From: a virus
Length of the DNA: 64,000 bases
Reading direction: 5' to 3' (one strand)
Virus record (IMG/VR): IMGVR_UViG_3300042402_003062
Location: 5,558-69,557 of that record
The notes beneath the pieces are model-generated. The model worked only from the letters and a program-made list of their open reading frames with translations, was not told the DNA's origin and ran no database searches. The position numbers were made by a program, and so were the translations under genes. Below are positions 39,172 to 50,362 of this stretch, piece by piece (the first letter of the stretch is position 1; every line of letters starts with the position of its first letter).

Positions 39172-39542
39172 ATTCATCGTTTTCTTTTCATGAAAAACAT
39201 ATGAACATTCCCTTATACATAGATGAAGAATCTTTTATGACTTGTCAAGCCTCAAGAGCAACCCATAGACCTTGTATCGAACTCATATTTGAAAATGGTT
39301 ATAGTTTACAATTACCACTACTTGCAACAGTTAGAGGTTTAAAAATGGGAATACTTAGACCAAAAACTTTTAAATTTATACATTGTGAAAACATCCCAGT
39401 GACTAAGGAACTATATACCTGGGTTCTAACACAAGTATTACCGTCTTTAGACAGTAAATTAGACCCATTTATACTAACAGTTGTTCTAACTACTCTTCGT
39501 CCTTACTTAACACCAATTTCACTACATCAGCAGGAGTTTTAA
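39168..39542 (+). CDS. hypothetical protein
   Basis: Overlaps both neighbours. Confidence 0.5.
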   Translation: MNSSFSFHEKHMNIPLYIDEESFMTCQASRATHRPCIELIFENGYSLQLPLLATVRGLKMGILRPKTFKFIHCENIPVTKELYTWVLTQVLPSLDSKLDPFILTVVLTTLRPYLTPISLHQQEF

Positions 39543-40993
39543 TGTCATTCGTTTGGTCCAACCAACAACTAGAAATCTTTGATGAATTTCTAAACCCCAC
39601 AAGCCCCGTTCTTGCTATCGAAGCTGTCGCAGGAGCGGCAAAAAGCACATCACTAATTGAGGCTTCAGCACGGTTTAAAGCCCTTAACCCAACTAAGCTC
39701 ATACGTTATCTTATATTCGGAGCAAAAGCTTCTGCAGACGCTCGTATTGAATTTGGCACTAATGCAATGGTATCAACACTTCACGCATTCGCACACGGTC
39801 AAGTACATGCACGATACGGCTTAGGACCGGTTAAACCATTTCTAACTTGGATGGATTTACAAAACCTACCAAAACGCCCTTTTGGTAAAGACTCACTCAT
39901 TTTACAACTGATTGAATCTTACTGTAATTCTAAGTACACATCCTTAGATGACTACGTAAAAGATCAGGATGACGACTTTGAGTTTAGTCTAATCCCTCAT
40001 GCAAAGATTGTAATGAACGCAATGGCTAAGGGAGACATACCAGTTACTCACTCATTTTACCTAAAACTCTTCCATGTTTTAGTCAAACGAGGAGTCATAC
40101 AACTTCCATTTGTCGACAAATTATTAGTTGATGAAGCTCAAGATTTATCCGCAATTGCACTTGATATTATCGAAGCGATCCCAACAGGTCACTTAGTCAT
40201 TGTTGGAGATCAAAATCAACGCATCTTTGAATTCCTTGATCTAGAAAATGGCTTTGAACGTTTCGCAGACGCAAAAGTTCTTACTCTTACGCAATCCTTT
40301 CGTGTAGATAATATGTATGCCCCAGCAATACAAGAATTTCTTAATACGCACCTTAATGCTTCCGCAGAGTTCCGAGGCATGCTTTATCCAGCAGATCCAG
40401 TCATCCGTACAAAAGCCTACATATCCCGCAATAATGTCACATTGATCGGCAAGATGATTGAACTTAACTCACGTAAAGTCCCATATAATTTATCGAGTTC
40501 CGCAAAATTGGCCCAGATGTTTAAATTACCTCTCGCCTTAGCATACGCAAAACCAGGACATGTCCAACGGGATCATGAACTCAAACATCTTCAACATGAC
40601 ATTGATGAGTACGGTAAACAAACCCCACGCTTCCGTGAAACAACATCACTATTTAAGTATCTTAAAAGTCTTGATGAAGTACAACCAGCAATCAAAGCCG
40701 CTATTAATCTTATCCTGAGTTTTGGATCTGAAGAAATTATTAACGCGTACGAAAAAGCCAAAGAGCATAAAGGTACAAAACATCAGTTAACATTACTTAC
40801 TGCTCATACCAGTAAAGGTGCCACATTTGACGAAGTGGAATTGGATGATGATCTTAATCTTACTATGAAAGAAATACTAACCGGTAAATTTAAAGGTGAT
40901 GACAATGCAAAACGAGCTGAGCTATGTTTATACTTTGTCAGCGTGACACGACACAGGCATAATCTCATAAACGCTCAATATCTTAACTTGTAA
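39542..40993 (+). CDS. UvrD/Rep-like superfamily 1 helicase
   Basis: AVAGAAKS, VDEAQD, VGDQNQRI, LTQSFR, TAHTSKG, YFVSVTR. Confidence 0.92.
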   Translation: MSFVWSNQQLEIFDEFLNPTSPVLAIEAVAGAAKSTSLIEASARFKALNPTKLIRYLIFGAKASADARIEFGTNAMVSTLHAFAHGQVHARYGLGPVKPFLTWMDLQNLPKRPFGKDSLILQLIESYCNSKYTSLDDYVKDQDDDFEFSLIPHAKIVMNAMAKGDIPVTHSFYLKLFHVLVKRGVIQLPFVDKLLVDEAQDLSAIALDIIEAIPTGHLVIVGDQNQRIFEFLDLENGFERFADAKVLTLTQSFRVDNMYAPAIQEFLNTHLNASAEFRGMLYPADPVIRTKAYISRNNVTLIGKMIELNSRKVPYNLSSSAKLAQMFKLPLALAYAKPGHVQRDHELKHLQHDIDEYGKQTPRFRETTSLFKYLKSLDEVQPAIKAAINLILSFGSEEIINAYEKAKEHKGTKHQLTLLTAHTSKGATFDEVELDDDLNLTMKEILTGKFKGDDNAKRAELCLYFVSVTRHRHNLINAQYLNL

Positions 40994-41003
40994 GGCCTCT
41001 TTA

Positions 41004-42083
41004 ATGACTCAAATACTCTACAAATCCACGAAATTAGGCGCCACTCAACAATGGTCAGTTTCCACTGAAGGAGCAACTTTTACATGTACGTTTGGACAAC
41101 TCGGAGGTAAACTTCAGTCACAAACAACAACGTGTACACCAAAAAATACCGGCCGTGCAAATGAAACAACTCCTGAACAACAAGCCATACTCGAAGCTGA
41201 AGCTCTTGTCACCAAGAAGCTCAAGTCGGGTTATTCAACAAGCCTTACTTGTGATAGTGAAGTTAAACTGCCTATGAAAGTAAAAGCTTATCAAGACCAA
41301 TTAAACAATGTTAAATTTCCCTGTGTATCAACTCCTAAACTAGACGGAGTTAACGCTATTGTTCGCCGAACCGGTCAAACACTTACTTGGTACAGTCGTG
41401 GCGGAGAAGTTTACCCATCTGTCAAACACCTCCACGAACAAGTCTTTGAAGCTATGGCTGCACTCAGATCAGAGGAGCTCAACTGTGAATTATATATTCA
41501 TGGAAAGTACCTTCAAGAGATCCAATCTGCAGTTAAAAAACCTAATGAACTTTCAAAAGATCTAACAGCTGGAATCTTTGATATCGCAGACTCAGAACAC
41601 GTATACAGCCAACGTAGAGCTTTCATGGCCAATTGGAAATCCTCTCAATTAAATCCAACAGTATTCGCTATTATTGGAACTATGTGTTACTCCCACGAAG
41701 ATATAGAAATCTGTTATAACAAAGCAATTGCTGAGGGCTATGAGGGGACAGTTATCAAAAACTTAGACGGTCTATATCAGCACAATATTCGTTCATCCGA
41801 TCAGTTTAAGTACAAAAAAGCACAGTCTGCTGAATTTATGATTGTCGGGTTTGACTTAGATAAACGCAATCATCCAGTATTCAATTTACGTAGTAAAGCT
41901 TCAACAGTATTTAGTGCAAAGCCCAAAGGTACGCATGAATTCTTAAGTTCAATTGATCCAGAGACTTATGTCGGAAAATATGCAACAGTTGAGTATGAAA
42001 CTTTGAGCATGGCTGGGACGCCGCTGAAACCAATTTTTGTATCCCTAAGAGAATGTAATTCTCTTGGTGAACCAACGGAGTAA
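41004..42083 (+). CDS. ATP-dependent DNA ligase
   Basis: PKLDG, ELY, FDI, EGTVIK, KYK. Confidence 0.92.
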   Translation: MTQILYKSTKLGATQQWSVSTEGATFTCTFGQLGGKLQSQTTTCTPKNTGRANETTPEQQAILEAEALVTKKLKSGYSTSLTCDSEVKLPMKVKAYQDQLNNVKFPCVSTPKLDGVNAIVRRTGQTLTWYSRGGEVYPSVKHLHEQVFEAMAALRSEELNCELYIHGKYLQEIQSAVKKPNELSKDLTAGIFDIADSEHVYSQRRAFMANWKSSQLNPTVFAIIGTMCYSHEDIEICYNKAIAEGYEGTVIKNLDGLYQHNIRSSDQFKYKKAQSAEFMIVGFDLDKRNHPVFNLRSKASTVFSAKPKGTHEFLSSIDPETYVGKYATVEYETLSMAGTPLKPIFVSLRECNSLGEPTE

Positions 42084-42287
42084 ACTATGCGCAAAGACAA
42101 AACACCACCCACTTTTATGTTTTTCAAAGAAGAAGATATCACTATTCTATACGATTTAAAGCAATTTAAGCTAACTGTATACATTGGACTGGGTATAATC
42201 CTGCTCTGCGGAATAGCCTGGTTTTTTTAACCTATGGCTACGTCTTGAAGGACGTAAACCACAACATTAACCTCAAAGGACTTTCAC

Positions 42288-42575
42288 ATGGAAAGAATCT
42301 CAAAATCAGACCTCATCAAAGCAGTTGCAGCAGCAACTAACTCAACCCAAGCAACAGTTGGCGACATTCTTGACGCAGCTTTTACAACAATCGCTTCTAC
42401 AGTTGCATCAGGAAAAGCAGTTCACATTGGTAATGAATTCGGTTCATTCGCACCTAAACGTACCAAAGCTGTTACAAAACAAATCCCAGGAACTACTAAA
42501 ACAGTAGACGTACCTGCTAAAAATGTTATCAAGTTTTTGCCTTCCACTGCTCTTAAATCTACTGTGAATCAGTAG
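42288..42575 (+). CDS. HU-like DNA-binding protein
   Basis: SKSDLIKAVA...FGSF...PGT...VPAK...KF.PS.ALK. Confidence 0.9.
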   Translation: MERISKSDLIKAVAAATNSTQATVGDILDAAFTTIASTVASGKAVHIGNEFGSFAPKRTKAVTKQIPGTTKTVDVPAKNVIKFLPSTALKSTVNQ

Positions 42576-42584
42576 GTTTTGCAA

Positions 42585-44810
42585 ATGTCTGGTATCAATG
42601 TAGTCAAACACGACGGGACCACGGAACCATTGTTGATTGACAAAGCCACACTATCTCTTCAGTGGGCTGTTGGAGATCTTTCAGGAGTATCGGTATCAGA
42701 CATTGAAATGCAGTCCAAACTGCACTTCTACGACGGTATTCACACTTCCTACATTTTAGATGTATTTATCAAAACCTGTGAGGATTTAGCTGATTTACGC
42801 CATATTAACTATGACGCAGTAGCTCGTAATCTCAAGTTACAAAAACTCTACAAACAAGTATTTAACTCAATTACTCCACCCTCTCTACAAAGTTTTTTAT
42901 CAGATCGAGTACTGGACAATCATTACTCTCCTGAACTTAACCCAGCTCGTCTTATTTACAATGGAATTGATTTCGCTCAACTTGAAGCCGCTATGGATCA
43001 CTCCAGAGACTTTACATTTACCGCTTCTGGTCTTGACTTACTAGTAAATGGATATGGAGTTTGTAAAAAAGAAACACCTCAATTTATGTTTATGGCTATT
43101 GCAATTGATATCTTCAGAGATTATCATATTGCTCCAACCCAACATATTGTTGATTTTTACCACGCTCTATCAACGTTCAAAATTACTCTCCCATCTCCAG
43201 AAATGCGTGCTTTACGAACAATCTCTACCGATTACGCATCTTGTATCACATTCCGTATAGGAGATTCTATTGACTCTTGGAAAGTTGGCGCAAATGCACT
43301 TATCGATCACACTGTAGCTTCTGCTGGAGTTGGTGTAGATATTGCAGATATAGCATCACTCGGAGATAAAGTAAAAAAAGGTAAAATCATTCACTCTGGA
43401 AAAGGTCCAATTATTCGCTCAATTGATGCAGATATTGCAAAAGCTTCACAAAACGGCCGCAGAGGTTCTGCAACTCCTTATGTAAACTTCTTTGATCCTG
43501 AGATTGAAACAATCTTCGCACTTAAATCGCCTCGAATGCCTGTCGAAGACAGAGTTAATGCCTTATCGTATGGCATTAAACTAAACCAACTTGCGTACGA
43601 TCGCGCTAAAGCCGGAGGAGTTATTTCTCTATTTTCAGTCCGTATGGCTCCACGTCTGCTTGACTTATTCTATTCAGATAATATAACAGCGTTCACAGAG
43701 TACTATGAAGAATGTGAAGCAGCTAATTTATTTACTTCACAAATCGACGCCCGGTACTTCTGGGAACGTTTAGTTGCTGTAGAATCTGCTGAAACATCGG
43801 CTTATTACATCATGAACATCGATGAAATGAATGCAAACTCACATATTCCTCGTCCGATTAATATGGCAAATATTTGCATCGAGTACATGACAGCAGTAGA
43901 ACCACTGGACTCACAATACCCAGATCGTCCGGATATCGGCGTTTGTGTCTTATCAAATGCCAATCAAGGTCTTGTTTCTATTGAGGATATTCCTCATATT
44001 ACAAATCTTATGGTTCGGGCACAATCCCATATTATGACACGTCAAAATCATCCGACACCACAAGCAAATGCTTATGTAGATATTTATCATGACATTGGGC
44101 TTGGTTTATCAAATCATGCATTCTGGTTAGCTAATCAAGGTCTTCGTTATGGGCAACAAGAAGCACTAGACAAACACAACGAGTGGATGGAGCACTTTAG
44201 CTTCAATTGTCACTTTGTGTCTATGCAGCTAGCAATGGAACTCGGCGCCGCTACCGGATTTGTGTACCACGATAAATTACTACCGATAGATCGATACAAG
44301 GCCACAGTCGATGAATTAGTCAGCCCAGATCTTTACTGTGATTGGAGTACTCTTCGTACCCTAATAAAACAATTTGGTATGTATAATGTTGGACTTATGA
44401 TGGTTCCACCTGCTGAAACATCTGCAGGTCCATCTAACCAAGTTACGTCATTGGAACCAGTACGTGATCTCATCACTATCAAAGACAAATCAGGGATGAA
44501 CTACAAACAGTTTGCTCCTGATGCAATTCGCTTGGCAGACAAGTATGATTTCGCGTTCGATCGAGAAATTAACACAGACTTTATCAAGCATGTGGCAATC
44601 ACACAAAAATGGACTGACAAAGGTATCTCTGCAAATACATTTCATAATCCAGAACACAATAATGGAAAAATCTTAGCAACTGATGTCATTAAAGATTTAT
44701 TTTTAATGAAATACTATGGTTGTAAAGGTCGTTACTACATGAATGTTAAACTACCAGATGAAATGGAAGCACAAACCCCAGTATGCGGAAACGGAGGCTG
44801 CAATGTCTAA
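42585..44810 (+). CDS. nrdA: ribonucleotide reductase class Ia alpha subunit
   Basis: ATP-cone-like N terminus, ASC, NICIE, GVCVL, PPAETS, YY and C-terminal CxxxxC. Confidence 0.95.
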   Translation: MSGINVVKHDGTTEPLLIDKATLSLQWAVGDLSGVSVSDIEMQSKLHFYDGIHTSYILDVFIKTCEDLADLRHINYDAVARNLKLQKLYKQVFNSITPPSLQSFLSDRVLDNHYSPELNPARLIYNGIDFAQLEAAMDHSRDFTFTASGLDLLVNGYGVCKKETPQFMFMAIAIDIFRDYHIAPTQHIVDFYHALSTFKITLPSPEMRALRTISTDYASCITFRIGDSIDSWKVGANALIDHTVASAGVGVDIADIASLGDKVKKGKIIHSGKGPIIRSIDADIAKASQNGRRGSATPYVNFFDPEIETIFALKSPRMPVEDRVNALSYGIKLNQLAYDRAKAGGVISLFSVRMAPRLLDLFYSDNITAFTEYYEECEAANLFTSQIDARYFWERLVAVESAETSAYYIMNIDEMNANSHIPRPINMANICIEYMTAVEPLDSQYPDRPDIGVCVLSNANQGLVSIEDIPHITNLMVRAQSHIMTRQNHPTPQANAYVDIYHDIGLGLSNHAFWLANQGLRYGQQEALDKHNEWMEHFSFNCHFVSMQLAMELGAATGFVYHDKLLPIDRYKATVDELVSPDLYCDWSTLRTLIKQFGMYNVGLMMVPPAETSAGPSNQVTSLEPVRDLITIKDKSGMNYKQFAPDAIRLADKYDFAFDREINTDFIKHVAITQKWTDKGISANTFHNPEHNNGKILATDVIKDLFLMKYYGCKGRYYMNVKLPDEMEAQTPVCGNGGCNV

Positions 44811-45894
44811 TCATTTATTTAACCTAAACCCTATCGACTTTACTAAAGAACCGTTATTCCTTGGTACAGGCCGCAACATCTCAAGACTTGACTTATCTAT
44901 TGAACCGCATATTACCAAAATGCACAACGATGCATTAGGGAAGCTTTGGTTCGGTGGAGATTTCAGTCCATCAAAAGATGCTAAAAGCTACATGGAATGT
45001 TCTATAGAACTAAATTCTCTCTATATGAAGAATCTCAAGTTCCAAACATTACTTGATGCAGTTGCTGGCCGTTCAGTGGCAGAAGTATTTCTACCGATCA
45101 CCACTAACCCACAACTTGCTTCTTGGTGGTACCAACATGCATTCTTTGAAGATTGTATTCATTCCCAGTCATACGCAGACATTCTAAAAGGTTTACCGGT
45201 CGACGCTAAAGCCATCTTTGATGATATTATGATCAACCCAAATATTCTTCGACGTGCTGCTTCTATTACAGCATGCTTTGAAGATACCGTACAGCACAAT
45301 TGTCGTATGATCCTTAAAGATCCTTCATACAACAAAGAGCTGCACAAAAAATCAATTGTTATGTCATTGTATGCGTTAAATATCCTTGAAGCTGTTTTGT
45401 TTAAATCTTCATTTCTAACCTCATTTGCTTTTAAAGAAAATGGGCTGTACTCAGTAACCGCTGATATTGTTTCAAAGATTGCTCAAGATGAGTCAGGGCA
45501 CTACGCAATGACTATTAATCTACTTAACAGACTCCGTAAAGATCCTGACTGGGCTTATATCTTCCATACAAATTCAGATCAAATCGGGGCTTTGTACCAG
45601 AGTGCCTTAGACGCAGACTACCTATGGATTGACTATTTATTTGAAGATGGCGCACGTCTTTTAGGACTGAATGCAGCAGTTGCAAAACAATATGTCACAC
45701 ATAACCTACACTCTGTTATGATTTCTGTTGGTCATCCCCCAATCGTAGAAAAAGTACAAAACCCATGTGTTTGGGCTAATAAGTACACTCGTCCATCATC
45801 GATACAAACGGCACAGAAAGAAAAAACTTCTGGAAATTACCTACTCGGAGTTGTTAACACAAATACTACTCCAGAATTTTGGAGCAGCTTATGA
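44803..45894 (+). CDS. nrdB: ribonucleotide reductase class Ia beta subunit
   Basis: QTLLD, EDCIHSQSY, ILEAVLF, DESGH. Confidence 0.95.
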   Translation: MSNHLFNLNPIDFTKEPLFLGTGRNISRLDLSIEPHITKMHNDALGKLWFGGDFSPSKDAKSYMECSIELNSLYMKNLKFQTLLDAVAGRSVAEVFLPITTNPQLASWWYQHAFFEDCIHSQSYADILKGLPVDAKAIFDDIMINPNILRRAASITACFEDTVQHNCRMILKDPSYNKELHKKSIVMSLYALNILEAVLFKSSFLTSFAFKENGLYSVTADIVSKIAQDESGHYAMTINLLNRLRKDPDWAYIFHTNSDQIGALYQSALDADYLWIDYLFEDGARLLGLNAAVAKQYVTHNLHSVMISVGHPPIVEKVQNPCVWANKYTRPSSIQTAQKEKTSGNYLLGVVNTNTTPEFWSSL

Positions 45895-46202
45895 CACAAG
45901 ACCAATTCGAAGACTGGTACAACAAATTACCAATCTTAACGTATGGAGAACTAGATGATTTAGAACTGCTAGCGCATTTTAAAACCATTTTATCATGGAA
46001 AGCGAATGATAAATTCATTTCAGACAAAATACCAAATAATGAATTCACAGTTCGAGAATACTGGTTACTGCTTGGCTTGCTCCGTGACTGCATTGACTAC
46101 GGAACATCGCCTAGAGGCGCATGGTTAAGCGCCTTTGGAAAAGACTTGCTTCAGTTTTTAACAGATGATCTTCATATCAATTCATTCCAGGAGTGCCAAT
46201 GA
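45891..46202 (+). CDS. hypothetical protein
   Basis: ATGA overlap with the nrdB stop. Confidence 0.6.
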   Translation: MTQDQFEDWYNKLPILTYGELDDLELLAHFKTILSWKANDKFISDKIPNNEFTVREYWLLLGLLRDCIDYGTSPRGAWLSAFGKDLLQFLTDDLHINSFQECQ

Positions 46203-46340
46203 CCAAAGCAGAGTATTTAAAACTACGCTTTAACTATGAAATGTCAGATGCTCCAATTGAAGTACGTGAAGAAGCAATCCGGAAGCTTGATGCTAGATGG
46301 GTTGCACAAAACGAATCTATGGTTGAAGGAGGAGACTTAG

Positions 46341-46868
46341 ATGATCTCACATAAAAGCGTTCATACAATTCCAGTAGATGGTTGTGTGTATAACTATGCA
46401 GTTGAAATCCATGCAGGGAACTCAACACAAACGTCATATATAACATCTTTAGATTCATTGTTCACAAGAATAACCCATACTTTTGAACATAATGAAGCAG
46501 TCGAACATATACTAGAATGGGCAGAAACTGCTGTTGACAAACTTATTAGTCATATAATTTACAGTTCAACAGAACAAACTACTTCACAAATTCCTACCGC
46601 GTTATTTAACAAACTCAATTACCTTGGGTTAATTCCAAATGAAGTGAGAGATTACAATGTCGGAGCGTCTAATTACAGTAAGCATCTTATTCAACCTTGG
46701 ACAATCTGGTTAGACTATCCAGCCTTATCGTCTTGGGATCATGATATTATCAAACGTATTCTACGTGATAAATCTACTGAGCCACGCATAACAGACTATG
46801 AGAAAGTTATTCATATCTGCAACGAACGTATTCGACAAATCAACACACTTAATCCAAAGGACAATTAA
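46341..46868 (+). CDS. protein with a C-terminal DUF3310-like domain
   Basis: NVGASNY...IQPW...IIKRILR.K...DYEKVIH. Confidence 0.55.
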   Translation: MISHKSVHTIPVDGCVYNYAVEIHAGNSTQTSYITSLDSLFTRITHTFEHNEAVEHILEWAETAVDKLISHIIYSSTEQTTSQIPTALFNKLNYLGLIPNEVRDYNVGASNYSKHLIQPWTIWLDYPALSSWDHDIIKRILRDKSTEPRITDYEKVIHICNERIRQINTLNPKDN

Positions 46869-47452
46869 TGGAACTTATTCTCGAACCGGTTAAACCTAAA
46901 TCTGACTCCATCTGGGAAGATTACACACCGATTATTCATAAGGGTAATACCTATGATGTGTACTTAACAGATAACATTGCGTCCCCTGCTGAGTATAACC
47001 AATTGGTACACTTACTCAATTCTTTGGAATCGTACCATCAAGTGAACATGTTCATTAACAATGGTGGCGGAGCTGTTGACTCAGCATTTATGATCCGTGA
47101 ATGTATGCTTCGTTGTCCTGCAACAATTAATGCACATTTATCCGGTACTGTTGCCTCTGCTGCAACAATTATTGCGTTAGCTAGTGATAATTTATACACA
47201 AGCCCATTTCTATCTTTCATGGCGCACAATTATTACCACGGTGTTCAGGGTACGGGAAATCAGGTTAAAGACTATGTAGACTTTACCGATCGTGAACTCA
47301 AACGTGCCTTCAAAAGCATTTACAACCACTTCTTAACTCCAGAAGAAATTCAATTAGTCACAGAACGTGACAAAGAGGTATGGCTTAATGACCTTGAGGT
47401 CATGGAGCGATGGGAAAACTACAAAGCTAAATCTCTAGAGCATAGTGAGTAA
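46868..47452 (+). CDS. ClpP-like serine protease
   Basis: INNGGGAV, VASAAT, FMAHN, EVWL. Confidence 0.85.
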   Translation: MELILEPVKPKSDSIWEDYTPIIHKGNTYDVYLTDNIASPAEYNQLVHLLNSLESYHQVNMFINNGGGAVDSAFMIRECMLRCPATINAHLSGTVASAATIIALASDNLYTSPFLSFMAHNYYHGVQGTGNQVKDYVDFTDRELKRAFKSIYNHFLTPEEIQLVTERDKEVWLNDLEVMERWENYKAKSLEHSE

Positions 47453-47455
47453 CGG

Positions 47456-48733
47456 ATGAAAATTTCACTTGATACTAACATACTTATCAATGACCCATCA
47501 ATTGTTTTTAAAGCAGATCATGAATTTGTCATATCATTCACAGTCCTTCGTGAACTTGACAAACTCAAGCGTAATCCTGATCTTAAACGTGCTGCACAAG
47601 ATGCTATTAAAAACATTTGGGCCCAAGTACAATCTGGCAACCTTAAAGTATTGAATGTGCCTACTCACCTGGGAGATTCCCCAGATGAGTGTATCATTCG
47701 TGACACCCTTGAGTCTCCAGATACAGCAATTCTCAGCGACGATATCGGAGCTAGACTCATCGCAAACGTCGTAGGAGTTCCAATCTATGACTTGGATACA
47801 AACCAAATTGACTACACCTATACCGGCTATGTTCAAATTGATGGTAATCTACTATACGAACGCGACTGTGTTGCTGTTCAGGAGATGCAACTTGAAGAAT
47901 TTAACGAAGTATTCGAAGTATCTTTACATGAAAATGAATACTGTATCGTTAATCGAATTACCGGGAAGTACGATATTTGGGTAAATCACCGAGGCACAGT
48001 CAATCGTATCTCACAATCCAACAAACCTTACGGTGACGCAGGAATCACACTACAGCCTATGGACGCGATCCAGGCTTGTGTTCTTGACGCTGTCTACCGA
48101 GCACCTAGTCCTCTTGTTATCATCGATGGCAAACTTGGTACCGGTAAAACTTTATTAACGCTTATGGGTGCCTTAGCTGCAACCACAGGCGGAGTCCGTA
48201 ATCGACAATACTACAAAATCCTTGTCACTAAACCACCGGTTTCTATTAATAAAAATATGTATACTGGATTCAAACCAGGAACTTCCGAAGACAAAATGTC
48301 AGGACATCTAGGAGGGCTTAAGTCAAATCTCAAGTACCTATTGGACAAACGTACCCCTCGTCAAGAGAAACGCAAGGAAGAAGTTGCTGAAGATAAGCTC
48401 AAATCCACAGAAGTCTGGAACGATTTTTTTGAAGTTAAAGAAATCGATGAAATCCAAGGCGAATCTATCCATGAATCAATTTTCATAGTTGATGAATGGC
48501 AGCTACTCGATGAGGATAGTGTCAAGCTGATTCTCTCCCGTATCGCCAAAGGCTCTAAAATCATCTTAGTCGGTGATACAAAAGGTCAAACCTACGGAAT
48601 GAACCGTGCCAGAGAAGGCTTTAAAGTCCTTTACAAACACTTCGGGACAGCTCCAGAATTCAGCTATATTAAACTTGAGAACATTTACCGTTCAGAGCTA
48701 GCCGAATTTGTTGCTCGCATCTTTCCAGACTAA
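47456..48733 (+). CDS. phoH: PIN + PhoH ATPase (PhoH2-like)
   Basis: LDTNIL and ELDKLK (PIN domain); GKLGTGKT, VDEWQ, SKIILVGD, YRSELA. Confidence 0.92.
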   Translation: MKISLDTNILINDPSIVFKADHEFVISFTVLRELDKLKRNPDLKRAAQDAIKNIWAQVQSGNLKVLNVPTHLGDSPDECIIRDTLESPDTAILSDDIGARLIANVVGVPIYDLDTNQIDYTYTGYVQIDGNLLYERDCVAVQEMQLEEFNEVFEVSLHENEYCIVNRITGKYDIWVNHRGTVNRISQSNKPYGDAGITLQPMDAIQACVLDAVYRAPSPLVIIDGKLGTGKTLLTLMGALAATTGGVRNRQYYKILVTKPPVSINKNMYTGFKPGTSEDKMSGHLGGLKSNLKYLLDKRTPRQEKRKEEVAEDKLKSTEVWNDFFEVKEIDEIQGESIHESIFIVDEWQLLDEDSVKLILSRIAKGSKIILVGDTKGQTYGMNRAREGFKVLYKHFGTAPEFSYIKLENIYRSELAEFVARIFPD

Positions 48734-48811
48734 CCAGTCACGCCTCGTTTTTAACGGTACTCGAGGCCTTGTTGAATCCGTTACCCACACATAAACTTAA
48801 CAAGGACCATT

Positions 48812-49207
48812 ATGAAAATTTACACAACTACATATGATGCCATGAGCCCTGATCTTGAAAATCAACTTATGCTTGAAGCACAAGTAAAATATGCTATCGC
48901 TACCGATCACACACACATCATTGATAGCAATGAAATGCTCTTTACAGTCCATTTTGACGGAGACGAATACTCTCTTGTAGAGGTTGAACAAGAGTATACT
49001 TGCAGCCCGGATGCTCCAGATGAGACAGATGATGATTCTGAAGACGTAGTTACTGAAGACTTTACCAACCCAGAATTAATTGATCTTATCATCAATAACT
49101 CACTCAATTCTCGTCATCCAATCACTCTTGAGCAAGCACAAACTATGCTCGTTTTGGCGAAAACTAAATCTGTGCTTATAGACATTGAGGAGCGCCCAAA
49201 TGCTTAA
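48812..49207 (+). CDS. acidic hypothetical protein
   Basis: AAGGA RBS. Confidence 0.6.
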   Translation: MKIYTTTYDAMSPDLENQLMLEAQVKYAIATDHTHIIDSNEMLFTVHFDGDEYSLVEVEQEYTCSPDAPDETDDDSEDVVTEDFTNPELIDLIINNSLNSRHPITLEQAQTMLVLAKTKSVLIDIEERPNA

Positions 49208-49661
49208 TCCTATTAAGGAGATCTACAAGTTTAATCAACAAGCCGGTCTCTTAGGAAAAGGGTACGATGACTTTTTGGAGTCATCTTTTCAAATCGAAGA
49301 AGCCCTTGAAGGTTTCAATCTAGATGTGCTACCAACTTTATTAAGTATGGTCCCAGAAGATGGAATACCATCGCCTAAGACTATCTCTCGTAAAATCATT
49401 TGGCATACTAATGGCCATACTATGACTGATGTAGATCGTCTTGACAAAGCATGCGACGCAGTCGTATTCGCAGTAGGGTCTATGGCTAAACTTGGCCTTA
49501 CCCCACATGAAATCACCAAAGCGCTTAACATTGTTATGTCAGCAAACTTCTCAAAACTTGGAGCACCGAAAGATGCATTTGGTAAACAGCTCAAGCCTGA
49601 AGGCTGGACTGGTCCAGAACCTGAATTGCAAAAACTACTCGATACAAGAGGCACAAAATGA
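49200..49661 (+). CDS. MazG-like / PRA-PH NTP pyrophosphohydrolase
   Basis: IEEALE, DKACD, ANFSK...GKQLKPEGW.GPE. Confidence 0.85.
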   Translation: MLNPIKEIYKFNQQAGLLGKGYDDFLESSFQIEEALEGFNLDVLPTLLSMVPEDGIPSPKTISRKIIWHTNGHTMTDVDRLDKACDAVVFAVGSMAKLGLTPHEITKALNIVMSANFSKLGAPKDAFGKQLKPEGWTGPEPELQKLLDTRGTK

Positions 49662-49984
49662 CTTCCTTAGACTCAATCCTTGCAGAAGGACTGACTACGG
49701 AGGAGTGTACTCAAGTCTTAGCGTACATCGAACGATTTAATGCTTTTGGGGATTACTGCAAACGCAACATAACTCGTGATGAAGCACTTGAGGTACTTAT
49801 ACAACACGATGATTTTCCTGAACATATTGTCCAGCACATTGACTTTACCGGAGATATACTAGCAAGTGCAATCACTCACGCTAACATCAATGACATTGTG
49901 CACTCATTAGTAGCAATAGATCATACGTTAGCTGCCGCAATGCTTGCAGAATTGACTTACTATCGTTCAAAAGGAGTTATCTAA
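49658..49984 (+). CDS. hypothetical protein
   Basis: Overlaps both neighbours. Confidence 0.6.
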   Translation: MTSLDSILAEGLTTEECTQVLAYIERFNAFGDYCKRNITRDEALEVLIQHDDFPEHIVQHIDFTGDILASAITHANINDIVHSLVAIDHTLAAAMLAELTYYRSKGVI

Positions 49985-50223
49985 TGGAACTTATAATTAT
50001 TGGATTAGCTGTTGCATTTAATTTCATCATTGTTCTGTATAAATTTCAAGCAGGGCAGTATCTAAATGCAATTGTTGATGGCGGTATCTTAATCATTGTC
50101 ACAATATTCTTTAGTATGTCTACAGCGGCTCTTACCATCGGCACCATTGGTTCCCTTGTGGTGTCGTTGTACTTAATTAAGTTTCCATTTAAGTTTAATG
50201 GAGCTACTCGTGTCCGCTCTTAA
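49984..50223 (+). CDS. small multi-TM membrane protein (holin-like size)
   Basis: Three hydrophobic segments and a basic tail; AAGGAG RBS. Confidence 0.55.
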   Translation: MELIIIGLAVAFNFIIVLYKFQAGQYLNAIVDGGILIIVTIFFSMSTAALTIGTIGSLVVSLYLIKFPFKFNGATRVRS

Positions 50224-50362
50224 AGCAATTGGTATTACCTTTGCTTTACTCATATTTGTAGCATTACTTGTTGCTTCTTGGTACATTATTTTACTTATCG
50301 CAGCAATTGCGGTTTTGTATACCTTAGCACGTAGCTATGTGTACGTTAGGAGCATTAAATGA
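50198..50362 (+). CDS. small membrane protein (54 aa)
   Basis: Own translation MELLVSALKAIGITFALLIFVALLVASWYIILLIAAIAVLYTLARSYVYVRSIK. Confidence 0.55.
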   Translation: MELLVSALKAIGITFALLIFVALLVASWYIILLIAAIAVLYTLARSYVYVRSIK

